Shown here piece after piece: positions 19,630 through 29,050 of a DNA stretch of 64,000 bases (positions are counted from its first letter, which is position 1; each line of letters opens with the position of its first letter). The stretch is from Longimicrobiales bacterium (lineage in GTDB: Bacteria; Gemmatimonadota; Gemmatimonadetes; Longimicrobiales; Gaopeijiaceae), in assembly GCA_965249725.1 (NCBI GenBank), contig CBDFMQ010000002.1, forward strand, positions 2,272,001 through 2,336,000, read 5' to 3'. The notes under the pieces are model-generated. The model saw only the letters and a list, made by a program, of their open reading frames with translations, was not told the DNA's origin and made no database searches. The position numbers and the translations under genes are program-made.

Positions 19630-19657
19630 TTGTCCGATAACGGATTTTATGTGACGC
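19630..19657. repeat. 28-bp mini recombination site (11-6-11)
   Basis: TTGTCCGATAA-CGGATT-TTATGTGACGC. Confidence 0.8.
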
Positions 19658-19721
19658 GCCGTTGGTGGACCTCATCAATAGCTACGAAACCCCAAAGGAC
19701 CTAAGGCAAATCGCGGTCTGC

Positions 19722-20537
19722 TCAGTCCCAGGCGACCACCTCGACCTCGGTCGGCTCGTCGAACCCCTTGAGACTGATGGAGCCGAGCGAAGTGAACGAG
19801 AGGCCCTTGCCCATGCACAGATCCCGGACGACTCGGGCGGCCAGTATCTGACCTGGCTCGGCGTGATCGCAGATGCGGGATGTGAGGTTGATTGTCGATC
19901 CGAACAATGCGTCGCCGTCGAGAACGGGCTCTCCTGCCCCGATGCCGATCTTCGCCCGCACGGGGATGCCGTCCGCGCCGTCAGAGGCATCCGCAGTCAG
20001 CTTGGCCTGAATCGTCATGGCGCAAGAGACTGCGGCGAAGGCCGACTCGAAGCTCGTCAGGAATCCGTCGCCCGCGCGGTCAACCTCCCGTCCACCGTGC
20101 TCGACTAAAGCTGCTCTCACCGTGTTCCGATAACGTCGCACGACTTCGAGAGCTGCAGCATCACCCAGTGTTCGAGTGATGTCCGTCGAGCGGACCATGT
20201 CGACGAAGAGGATCGCTCGAAAGGCACTCTCTCGAATCGGCTCCGAGTCGACGCTTTCGGGATCGGCGACCCGACCGAGGAAATGCGCGACAGTGGTTGG
20301 GTCGACCTCGATGACTTGGTGGGGAATCAGCCCGTGAGCTTCTCGATGCATCTCCCGGACGGCCTCCGCTGAGGGAGCCTCGACGAGGCAGAAGGCGGCT
20401 CCCCGAGGCTCGTCGTACCAGTAGGTGAGGGCCTTACAGGAGTGTCTGCCCTGCACCTTGACGTCCTGGTGATGGGCCGCCGCCACTTCCTCTGAGGTCA
20501 CGTCCCGAATGTCGTGTCGATCCATGAATAGCGGCAT
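19722..20537 (-). CDS. DUF4242-like domain + class III nucleotide cyclase, first cassette
   Basis: MPLFMDRH...FCLVEAP...HREAHG; ILFVDMVRST, GDGF, GDALFGSTINLTSR. Confidence 0.8.
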   Translation of the reverse strand: MPLFMDRHDIRDVTSEEVAAAHHQDVKVQGRHSCKALTYWYDEPRGAAFCLVEAPSAEAVREMHREAHGLIPHQVIEVDPTTVAHFLGRVADPESVDSEPIRESAFRAILFVDMVRSTDITRTLGDAAALEVVRRYRNTVRAALVEHGGREVDRAGDGFLTSFESAFAAVSCAMTIQAKLTADASDGADGIPVRAKIGIGAGEPVLDGDALFGSTINLTSRICDHAEPGQILAARVVRDLCMGKGLSFTSLGSISLKGFDEPTEVEVVAWD

Positions 20538-20626
20538 GCGTACGTTTCCTTCCGTGGGGTCCGGCCCAATAGGACGAATCGAGGCTCGCTCTGCGCTTCA
20601 CCCGCCAATTGTACTACCCGACAGGC

Positions 20627-20702
20627 GTGTCATGTAACGGGCTCTTCACGAACCATATCAAGTTATCCGCCAAACGGCGACGTCATAACGTCTGACGTCG
20701 CC
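20627..20702. other. Candidate primary (attI-like) site
   Basis: GTGTCATGTAA-CGGGCT not followed by the hairpin body; nearby GTTATCC and a GGCGACGTCA/TGACGTCGCC inverted repeat; lies at the recombinase 3' end. Confidence 0.5.
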
Positions 20703-20761
20703 AAGACGACCACGAGGCGACGCACGTCGCCGCCCCGGTCCCATAGCGATACGCCTACCCA

Positions 20762-21395
20762 CTACTCCTCCCGCAACAGCCTATCTAGCGGGCTCTCTAC
20801 ATCCGTGGCCTCCCGGCGTGCGACGTGCGTATACAGCACGGTCGTCTTGATCTGACTGTGGCCGAGCAACTTCTGGATGTAGCGAAGGTCGGTTCCGGCC
20901 TCGAGGAGATGGGTGGCGAAGGAGTGCCGGAGCACATGAGGGGTGACGGGTCGGTCGATCCCGGCACGTTTGGCGGCGGCCGCCACTTGCCGTTGTACGG
21001 TCCGGGTCGTCAGGTGACGGTCGCGGCGGTGACCGGCCGGGAAGAGCCAGTCGTGAGGCCGTTCTACCGCAGCGTACTCGCGGAGCACCGCCAGCAGCAC
21101 AGCCGAGAGCATCACGTAGCGGTCCTTGCCTCCCTTCCCGTCGCGTACATGGATCATCATCCGATCGGAGTCGATGTCCGAGACCTTGAGGCGTACGACC
21201 TCACCCACACGGAGACCGCTCGCGTAGAGGACGAACGCGATGGCTATCAGTCCGCGCTTCCAGAAAACGCCTGGTGTGGGCCAGATAGAGTCGCTTCGTG
21301 CCGCGGGCGAACCCGCGAAGCGCCATCTCTTCCTTCATCCGAGAGAGCAACTCCTCGGAGTGAGCCGAGCGCCTAGGGTCTTTTGGATGGGGCAT
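20762..21395 (-). pseudogene. Tyrosine recombinase (SAM-like N-terminus + catalytic domain), internally deleted and frameshifted
   Basis: LLSRMKEEMALRGFARGTKRLYL..RRFLE joined out of frame to LYASGLR...GKGGKDR...HVLRHSFATH...LGHS....T..Y...SPLD. Confidence 0.85.
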
Positions 21396-21743
21396 TCCCA
21401 ACGCTGCACTGGCCAGTCGGGCAACTCCATAGCGCCTCGGGTCCGGGTGGGAAGTCGGGCACCACTCCCCGACCGGCGACTACATCATCAAGGTCGCCGG
21501 CGGAAAGGATCTGATGAGCACTCGCACGCACGGGACGGCGTCCCTGTGGTCGGATAGCGACGCCGATCTTCGTGAGGTCTTGGATGGTGTCGACGCGCTT
21601 CTCGCGGACCTACGCCCGTAGACGAGGACGAAGGCGGACCCCAGCCCGAGGTCGGTATGCGATAGATCGACTAGCGCTGGCCGATCGGGCCCGCCAGTAG
21701 CGATCAGATCGCCGAGCCCCCTCCCCCGCCGTCCAGTTTGCGC

Positions 21744-21898
21744 CAAGTAACCGGAGTTATTGCGGCCCCACGTGGGGTCCCGAGGCCCCATTCCCACCCC
21801 TAACTCACCGACGCCAAAAAGCCGGAAGCCCAGATCCCTCCTAGACTCCCGGCGAGTGAGCCGGGTGGGTCTCGAACCCACGACCTACGGATTAAAAG
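21744..21898 (-). repeat. att repeat: tRNA-Lys 3' part (21857-21898) plus conserved arm region
   Basis: 42-bp identity to the tRNA; diverged copy of 47566-47678. Confidence 0.85.
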
Positions 21899-22387
21899 AA
21901 CCTGGATGGATGCTCGCCAACGCTGGTAGCCGCTTGACTGCTGGGTTTGACGCTCGTGGGCGATCACTGGGCTCGTGCCCTAGGGTCCAGGGCACGCTCC
22001 CCTGCCGCCCATCCACGCGTCCCGGCGTCTCATCCGCGTATCGGAGTCTCCACTGCCGCCCTTTCCATCCGATCACGCTTCGGTGTGCCCTTACCCAGAG
22101 TCTTCCCTCCAACTGGACCATCCATCACTGCACGCCATACCTCGGCCTTGGACCCAAAGGGCGGTTGGATCTCCTATCCATCAGCGCGGAGATCGTCGAG
22201 GAGAGCGTTTCGGAGCTGGGCAAGCCCTTCACGGTCGTCATGTATGGCAACGGCGATCGCGGCTTACGGGACGCCGACAGCGGACAGCCGATTCCCTATT
22301 GGAACGATTTACTCCCCTGGCTAGACGGCGTCATCGAGTAAGATCAGGCTGAGTACGGACCATCGCGTCGTGGGATTTCGTCGGGAC

Positions 22388-23719
22388 TCAGTCACGCGCG
22401 ACCTCGAGTCCCTGCTCCGCCCACTCGGTGGTTCCGCCATTGATGCTGCGCACATTTCGGTAGCCCAAGGAAGCGAGGAACAGGGCTCCGGATAGAGATC
22501 GTACACCCGTCGCGCAAACGACGAGAACGGGGGCCTCGCGATCCTCGGGCAGGAAGTCGACGTAACGAGTCATCTCCTGCAGTGGCATCAGAAGCCCACC
22601 GGGAATACGCACGGCCGCGTATTCATCGGGCTCGCGAACGTCGACCACCACAGCATTCGCGGTCTCGATGAGGTCGTGGGCAGGCCCGACCTCGATGGTG
22701 AGGCCTGGCGCGCCCGCCGCGTTCTCGAGGAGCACGTCCATCATGTGCTCACGTGGACTGGGGGCCGCGGTCGAGCCCAGCTTTGGGAGGTACTTGGGCA
22801 CGGACGAGGCGTACTTGAAGGCACTGTCCGGGAACAGAACTACAGCCAGCACCCCCGGCTCATCCGGCACCAGGTCGAAGGCACCCGCGAGCGCCATGCC
22901 TGAACTCGGACCGGCTATGATGCTCTCCTCACGGTTGAGCCGGAGGCAGAGGTCGAAGGCCGCCTGGTTGGTCACCTCAACCAGAGTGTCATACTCGTCG
23001 GGCCGGAACAGCTCGGTCTGCTGAAGCTGGCGAAGGCTCCGCACTCCCGGAATGTCGTGTCCCTCTTCCGGGTGCACACCATGAACCTTGATGACGGGGT
23101 CCTTCTCCTTCAGGAACCGGCCCGTCCCCGTAATCGTTCCGCAGGTGCCCAGGCCCGCCACGAAGTGCGTTACCCCGCCGTCCGTCTGAAGCCAGATCTC
23201 GGGGCCTGTGGTCTTGTAGTGCGCCTCGGGATTGGCTTCGTTCTGATACTGATTAAGCATGTGGAAGTCGGGAGCCTCGGCCAGGTCGTTGGCTCTGGCG
23301 ATCGCGCCCTCGGGAGCACCGGGAGCGGGGCAAAGCGTGTCCTCGAGCTCGATGACGTCCGCGCCGAAGAATCGCAGCATCGTGCGCTTCTCGAGTGGGA
23401 TCGCCGATGACAAAGGGGTGGTGAGCGAGTACCCCCTCGCATTGGACATCATGGCCAAGCCCATGCCGGTGTTCCCCGACGTAGGCTCGACGAGCTTCTG
23501 CTCCGGGTGCAGCCCCCCCCGCTCTTCGGCATCGGCGATCATGTTGGCGGCGATGCGATCCTTGACCGCACCGAACGGGTTGTACCACTCGAGCTTTGCA
23601 TACACTTGTGCGTGCTCGAACGGAACCACACGATTGAGCCGCACGAGAGGCGTGGGATTCTCGGCGTCGCAGAGGAGGCCGAGTACGGAGTCGTATACGC
23701 GTCGTCGGTGATCTCGCAT
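22388..23719 (-). CDS. Cysteine synthase-family PLP enzyme fused to rhodanese
   Basis: AKLEWYNPFGAVKDR, EPTSGNTG, GTCGT; C-terminal DVREPDEY...CATGVRS. Confidence 0.88.
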   Translation of the reverse strand: MRDHRRRVYDSVLGLLCDAENPTPLVRLNRVVPFEHAQVYAKLEWYNPFGAVKDRIAANMIADAEERGGLHPEQKLVEPTSGNTGMGLAMMSNARGYSLTTPLSSAIPLEKRTMLRFFGADVIELEDTLCPAPGAPEGAIARANDLAEAPDFHMLNQYQNEANPEAHYKTTGPEIWLQTDGGVTHFVAGLGTCGTITGTGRFLKEKDPVIKVHGVHPEEGHDIPGVRSLRQLQQTELFRPDEYDTLVEVTNQAAFDLCLRLNREESIIAGPSSGMALAGAFDLVPDEPGVLAVVLFPDSAFKYASSVPKYLPKLGSTAAPSPREHMMDVLLENAAGAPGLTIEVGPAHDLIETANAVVVDVREPDEYAAVRIPGGLLMPLQEMTRYVDFLPEDREAPVLVVCATGVRSLSGALFLASLGYRNVRSINGGTTEWAEQGLEVARD

Positions 23720-24086
23720 GAGCCGTTCTCCTTGATGTCGACGGTGGGACCCGCCGGGCCTTCAGTTCCCGAATTCGCACCCCCCCTTTCCTAGTCCTCC
23801 GGAAGCCAGCGAGGGTTCTCCCGTCTCGGCTGTGAAGGCCCTACGGGCAACCGACTGGGTGACGCTGTCTCACTTGGCCGCCCCTTCGCGGGCCGAGAGC
23901 TCGTCCCGCTCCGTCGTTACTCGGGCCATTTCACCTGACCTACACCACTGCAATAAGGACACAATATTGAACGGAAAGTGAGCGCTCGTCCTCCCCGACA
24001 ATGCTATCGATCCTAAACTACCTTGACGCACCGGTGTTGGACAGACAAGTTTGGTTTCGCTACTATCTTTCCCACGGTGTAAACGA

Positions 24087-24947
24087 ATGTTTTCTTCCCC
24101 CCATGGTCTGGATTCGTTCGATCAGTACCTGCAAGACGTAGAGAAATACCCACTTATTCAGGACCCGTGGGAGGAGCGTGAGCTCGCGCGACGGGCGCGC
24201 GCTGGGGACAAGGAGGCCGCCGAGCGGCTCGTGACCGCGAACCTCCGATTCGTGATCTCCTTCGTGAAGAAGTACCGGGGCCGAGGGCTCGAGCTCAGCG
24301 AACTCGTGTGCATCGGCAACGAGGGGCTCCTCAAGGCAGTCAAGAGGTTCGATCCGGACAGGGGAGTGAAGTTCATCTCGTACGCCGTGTGGTGGATCCG
24401 CCTGACCGTCTTCCGGGCGCTGGGTGAGCAGACCCGCTCGGTGCGCATCCCACTGTATCAGAACTCGAAGCTCGCGAAGCTCGCGCGCACCAACACACAG
24501 CTCACGCAGTCGCTCGGCCGCACGCCGACCGACGCCGAGATCGCCAGTGAGATGGAAGAGCCGGAGGGGACCATTCGGGCTCTTCGTCGTGGCGCGGCCT
24601 CAGAGCTCAGCCTGGACGCTCCCATCGGCCGGAGGGATCGTGACAGCGCGAGTTTCGGTGAGCGATTCTCGGGGGCCGAGGCGTCGGATATCGAGGAAAA
24701 CGTCGACGCGATCGCCTGCAGGGACTTCCTCGAGACGATGTTCGAGCAGTACCTGACGGAGCGCGAGCGGAAGATCCTCTACCTGTACTACGGCCTCGAC
24801 GACGGCGAGGAGAGGACCCTGGAGGTGATCGGATCGCTTCTCGGCGTCACACGCGAGCGCATCAGGCAGATCCGCAACCAAGCGTTCGAGAAGCTCCTCG
24901 AGAGCCCGCACGGCGAATCCCTCTCAGGATTCTGGAACGCCAACTGA
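24087..24947 (+). CDS. sigma70-family factor (RpoD/RpoS-like, no region 1.1)
   Basis: NLRFV, RFDPDRGVKFISYAVWWIR, RTLEVIG..LGVTRERIRQI. Confidence 0.9.
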   Translation: MFSSPHGLDSFDQYLQDVEKYPLIQDPWEERELARRARAGDKEAAERLVTANLRFVISFVKKYRGRGLELSELVCIGNEGLLKAVKRFDPDRGVKFISYAVWWIRLTVFRALGEQTRSVRIPLYQNSKLAKLARTNTQLTQSLGRTPTDAEIASEMEEPEGTIRALRRGAASELSLDAPIGRRDRDSASFGERFSGAEASDIEENVDAIACRDFLETMFEQYLTERERKILYLYYGLDDGEERTLEVIGSLLGVTRERIRQIRNQAFEKLLESPHGESLSGFWNAN

Positions 24948-25294
24948 AGCAGCGCCGGCCAGGGCGGTGGCGCCCGCCAGTAACGCTCAAGAGAGTGCCA
25001 GACACCCGGAGGCGAAGACGACTCGGCCGTCGGCTGCATGTCACGATGATGGCATGGTCCCGCCGAGTCGACATGGGTTGGCCCAGGTCGAGTCCGATTA
25101 TGACAAATAGACAACGTAAGAAGATCGAATTCCCACGCGGGTCCCGATCTCAAAGATTCACCGTCCACGCGGCGGCCTCTGCGAGAGGCGGCATCTACGT
25201 GGTGTGCCTGCGACCGGCCAGACACGCCCAACGCGGCGAAAACGCCATCTGACGCGCCAGGGTAGACATTTCACCGATCCGATGGAGTTAGCGT

Positions 25295-25933
25295 TCACCT
25301 CCGCTCGTCAAGCGAGGCGGAGAAGAAGCCGAGCTCACAGCGCATCGCGTAACGGTAGGCCAGAGAGACGTTGTGCGTGCCCTCGGCTAGCTGGTCGAGC
25401 AGCGACTCGAGCTCGGCTGCCAGCGCCTCGAACTCCTCACTCGAGTAGGTCTCGATCCACTCCCGATAGGGGTTTTTGGAGTGATCCTCTCGGGCCAACT
25501 CCTGTCCTAAGTATGCATAGAGGCGCATGCAGGGGGTCATCGCCGCCATGATCTCACCCGCCTCGGCGGTCCAGGCCGTCCGACGGAGGAAGTTCGTGTA
25601 GGCGCTCGTAGTCGCGTACGGCCGGACGTTCACCAGCTCGATGCTCAGACTCTCCGCGTACCCCTCGTGAAGCTTGAGTTCGTCGAGCACACCCCCGATG
25701 AGCCCGTGGAGGCTTCGAACGATGTCGATCCGATCTACTGCTTTGGCCGCAGCAACAGCGTAGGCGCTAAGAAAAGCCCTCAGGAAGAATGCGTCTTGGG
25801 ACACATATCTCGTGAATACCTCTGCATCCAGAGTCCCGTCTCCCAGCCCGCGGACGAATGGATGTGCTAAGCAATCCTCGACCAGCGCACGATTCTCTCG
25901 CCACAGGGTCAGGTGCAACGGCTCCAGCGACAA
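25295..25933 (-). CDS. TenA-family protein
   Basis: HPFVRGL.DGTL, QDAFFL, PCMRLY, PYREWIETY. Confidence 0.85.
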   Translation of the reverse strand: MSLEPLHLTLWRENRALVEDCLAHPFVRGLGDGTLDAEVFTRYVSQDAFFLRAFLSAYAVAAAKAVDRIDIVRSLHGLIGGVLDELKLHEGYAESLSIELVNVRPYATTSAYTNFLRRTAWTAEAGEIMAAMTPCMRLYAYLGQELAREDHSKNPYREWIETYSSEEFEALAAELESLLDQLAEGTHNVSLAYRYAMRCELGFFSASLDERR

Positions 25934-25940
25934 GCTCTGC

Positions 25941-26555
25941 TCAGCCTTCCAAGGTCATACGCCAGAAGTCCCGCTCGTGGCGCAACACCGCGTTGAACAT
26001 TTCCTGCTGCCGCGGATGGCGGTGCTGGTCCGCGAGTTCACCAAGAGAATGCACATATGCCTGAAAGTCCTCGCTGGTCCAGCGCTCAATGAACTCGGTG
26101 TAGGGCCCCCTGGGCTCGAGGGTACTCCAGGCGACCGTATAAGCCACCTCGACGCCATAGAAGATGGCCAGCAACACCTCGAAGGACTCGCTATAGGCCA
26201 TGGCGACGAGAAAGTCCACATAACGCCGGCACACGGGATGCAGTTCGGCCCCGAGATCCAACGACCGGGCTTTGGCTTGTTCTTCGAACCAGTCGAGCTC
26301 GGCGTCCAGGGCTGAAAGGCCCCAGATCAGGAGCCTCTGGGCCGGCCTAGGTGTCTTCGCGACCGTGAGAGCCACGAACTCAGTGAAGCCCCCGACGAAC
26401 AGGTAGTCCTGCACGAGCCACCGGTTGAATGCCTCCTCGGGCAGAGAGCCCTCGCCGACAGCGTCGAGGAAGTGGGCCCGGGTGCCGCTCTCCCAGAGTT
26501 GTCCGGCGCCCGAGGCGAGGCGTGATTCTGTGAACTCTTTCACGTCGGGCGGCAT
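25941..26555 (-). CDS. TenA-family protein (TenA_E-like)
   Basis: FNRWLVQDYLFV, ELDWF, ERDFW; start ATG 26555. Confidence 0.8.
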   Translation of the reverse strand: MPPDVKEFTESRLASGAGQLWESGTRAHFLDAVGEGSLPEEAFNRWLVQDYLFVGGFTEFVALTVAKTPRPAQRLLIWGLSALDAELDWFEEQAKARSLDLGAELHPVCRRYVDFLVAMAYSESFEVLLAIFYGVEVAYTVAWSTLEPRGPYTEFIERWTSEDFQAYVHSLGELADQHRHPRQQEMFNAVLRHERDFWRMTLEG

Positions 26556-26556
26556 C

Positions 26557-27627
26557 CTAACCCCCAACGTGGGACATCTCGACCTTGGGCCACGACGCGG
26601 TCTCGGAGGTACGTATCTCAGAGTAACGATCGCTGCGGCCGGACCAGATGGCTCGAACCGTCTCGGAAATCTCCTCGTCTGACCGACCATCACGAAGCAG
26701 GTGACGGAAATCGTGCCCGCGCGCGCCGAACAGACACGTGTATAGCACGCCTTCGGCCGTAAGTCGCGCCCGTGTGCAGTCTCCGCAGAAGGGCTGCGTG
26801 ACCGAGGCAATCACACCGATCTCTCCTTCACCGCCGCGGTACCTGTAGCGTCTCGCGACCTCACCCCGGTAGTTCGGTTCGGCCGGCTCGAGCGGAAGCT
26901 CGTCGTCTATACGGCGGACGATCTCGGCGGCGGGCACCACATCCTCCAGCCGCCAACCGTTTGTCGTTCCGACGTCCATGTATTCGATGAATCGGAGGAT
27001 GCAGTCCGTTCCTCGAAAGTAGCGCGCCATGGGGAGCAGCTGATCGTCGTTCACGCCCCGCTTGACGACCATGTTGATCTTGATTGGGGACAGACCCGCG
27101 GCCCGCGCAGCTTCGACACCCTCAAGTACGCGCTCAACCGGAAAATCCACGTCGTTCATGGCCTTGAAGACGGCATCGTCGAGGGCGTCGAGGCTAACGG
27201 TCACCCGCCGCAATCCGGCGTTCTTGAGCCCTGTAGCCTTCTTAGCCAACAGGGAGCCGTTCGTGGTAAGGCTCAGGTCCCGCAGGCCATCGAGCCCCAT
27301 TAGCATCTCAATCAGCCGCTCGAGGTCCCGGCGCAGCAGCGGTTCCCCACCCGTGACGCGGATCTTCTGCACGCCATGGTTAATGAATATCCGCGCGAGG
27401 CGGGCGATCTCTTCGAAGGTCAGCAACAGCTCCCGCGGAAGAAACCGGTACTCTCTTCCGAACACTTCTTTCGGCATACAATAGGTGCAGCGGAAGTTGC
27501 AGCGGTCAGTGACCGAAACGCGAAGATCGCGGAGCGACCTCCCGAGAGTATCAGTCACGCCGCCGGGGGTGTCCCCCATGACGAGGGCCCGCATCAGACG
27601 ACCACCGTGATCGGATAGCTTGGGCAT
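26557..27627 (-). CDS. moaA: GTP 3',8-cyclase
   Basis: [28 protein letters not shown]-terminal MSHVGG. Confidence 0.95.
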   Translation of the reverse strand: MPKLSDHGGRLMRALVMGDTPGGVTDTLGRSLRDLRVSVTDRCNFRCTYCMPKEVFGREYRFLPRELLLTFEEIARLARIFINHGVQKIRVTGGEPLLRRDLERLIEMLMGLDGLRDLSLTTNGSLLAKKATGLKNAGLRRVTVSLDALDDAVFKAMNDVDFPVERVLEGVEAARAAGLSPIKINMVVKRGVNDDQLLPMARYFRGTDCILRFIEYMDVGTTNGWRLEDVVPAAEIVRRIDDELPLEPAEPNYRGEVARRYRYRGGEGEIGVIASVTQPFCGDCTRARLTAEGVLYTCLFGARGHDFRHLLRDGRSDEEISETVRAIWSGRSDRYSEIRTSETASWPKVEMSHVGG

Positions 27628-27649
27628 CGGTCCCTTGCGAATCCCTCAA

Positions 27650-27880
27650 TCAAAAGTGGGCCTTGTTCTTCTCGGTGTAGGAGTTCCACTCAGGCGGGAC
27701 GTCCGTGTCCAGGAAGATCGCCTGCACGGGGCATTCCGGCTCGCAAGCTCCGCAGTCGATGCACTCGTCCGGGTGGATATAGAATTGATCTTCACCCTCG
27801 TAGATGCAGTCCACGGGGCACACCTCCACACAGCTGGCGTCCTTCGTGCCGATGCAAGGTTGAGCGATGATGTAGGTCAT
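27650..27880 (-). CDS. 7Fe-type ferredoxin
   Basis: [10 protein letters not shown]...[13 protein letters not shown]. Confidence 0.92.
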   Translation of the reverse strand: MTYIIAQPCIGTKDASCVEVCPVDCIYEGEDQFYIHPDECIDCGACEPECPVQAIFLDTDVPPEWNSYTEKNKAHF

Positions 27881-28104
27881 CAGGTGCTCCTCACCGCGGC
27901 TTCGCACATCTTGATGGTCAAGGTGGTCGAGGGTGGTGGAGGGCAGCCTTGCGTGCACGAAAGTCCGGGACTAAATAGTAGCGATACCATACTAAAGCCT
28001 GGTGCCGGGCATGTCAATCTGGAGTTCGGCCCGCGGCTGAGTGGAAGCCAACGGTCACGGTACCGGCGTGGTCAGGGAGATCCGGCATCGCTACTATTTC
28101 GGAG

Positions 28105-28671
28105 ATGGATCCAGATACTGATAGGCGTACCCTCGCTGAGTTGATCGTCTTGCTGGGCCGGCTCGCGTATAGCGGAGGCCGACTCGCTGCTCTGACCCCC
28201 GCCCAATGGGCCGTCCTCCGCTACTTCGCCAGAGCCAATCGCTTCTCACGGACGGTCTCGAGCTTCGCGGAGTTCCATGCGACCACCCGAGGGACGGCCT
28301 CGCAGACAGTCAAGGCACTCGTGGAGAGCGGGTATGTGACCCGCACCCGCTCCTCGTTGGACGGAAGAAGTACCCGCTTCGATCTGACGGATCAGGCGCA
28401 CGCCGCCCTGAGGGAAGACCCCTTCAACGACGTGGCCACGGCGGTTGGTCAGCTCCCAGCCAAGGCGCGGGCAGAAGCGGCGGGAAGCCTCCGCCGGATA
28501 CTGGCTGAGCTCGTCAAGGGCCGGGGAGGGAAGGAGTTCGGCACCTGCCCCTCCTGTGGCTACCTTAGGAGATTCGAGGATGGTGATACGTTCCGATGCC
28601 ATTACTTCGGTGTTGCCGTGGAACCCCTCGAGCTGGAGCTGCTCTGCTCGAACTTCGCGCGAAAGGCGTGA
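28105..28671 (+). CDS. MarR-family regulator with Cys-rich C-terminus
   Basis: LTPAQW..LRY, wHTH, DGRS, CPSC...C...C. Confidence 0.8.
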   Translation: MDPDTDRRTLAELIVLLGRLAYSGGRLAALTPAQWAVLRYFARANRFSRTVSSFAEFHATTRGTASQTVKALVESGYVTRTRSSLDGRSTRFDLTDQAHAALREDPFNDVATAVGQLPAKARAEAAGSLRRILAELVKGRGGKEFGTCPSCGYLRRFEDGDTFRCHYFGVAVEPLELELLCSNFARKA

Positions 28672-29050
28672 CCGACGGGCAGGGTTCCCCCTCCCTCGTA
28701 GCGCTCAAAATGAGGCTCAGAACGAACAGCCATTTAGTAGCCATACGACACCACTTTGTCTGTTCCAGTGATGGCAAACGGGACTGGTACCGCACAGGTA
28801 GAGAGATCCGATGGCGGTAGCTGGCGGCGGTGATGGGGCCACAGCCACAGGTGGCTCGAAGCACGGAGCGGACGCAGTTGCTCCTTGTCACCGGTGCCGG
28901 GGAACCGGTCCGTCATCACATGTCCAGTGAGTAACACAGGTCGCCCACGAAGAGCAGTGGCGGCACCTGAAAGATGCTCTTGACGAACGCGTACGCCTGC
29001 AGTTCTTTGATTTCCGCTCTTGACGATCACAACAACAATGAGGAACTATC

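Noticed and set aside
20762..21208. Calling the recombinase intI or xerC/xerD
   Set aside because: It lacks the IntI insertion, and its SAM-like N-terminus, SPLD ending and context do not support a housekeeping Xer call.
23720..24050. Riboswitch upstream of the cysteine synthase
   Set aside because: GC-rich hairpins are present, but I could not match SAM or other riboswitch consensus elements.
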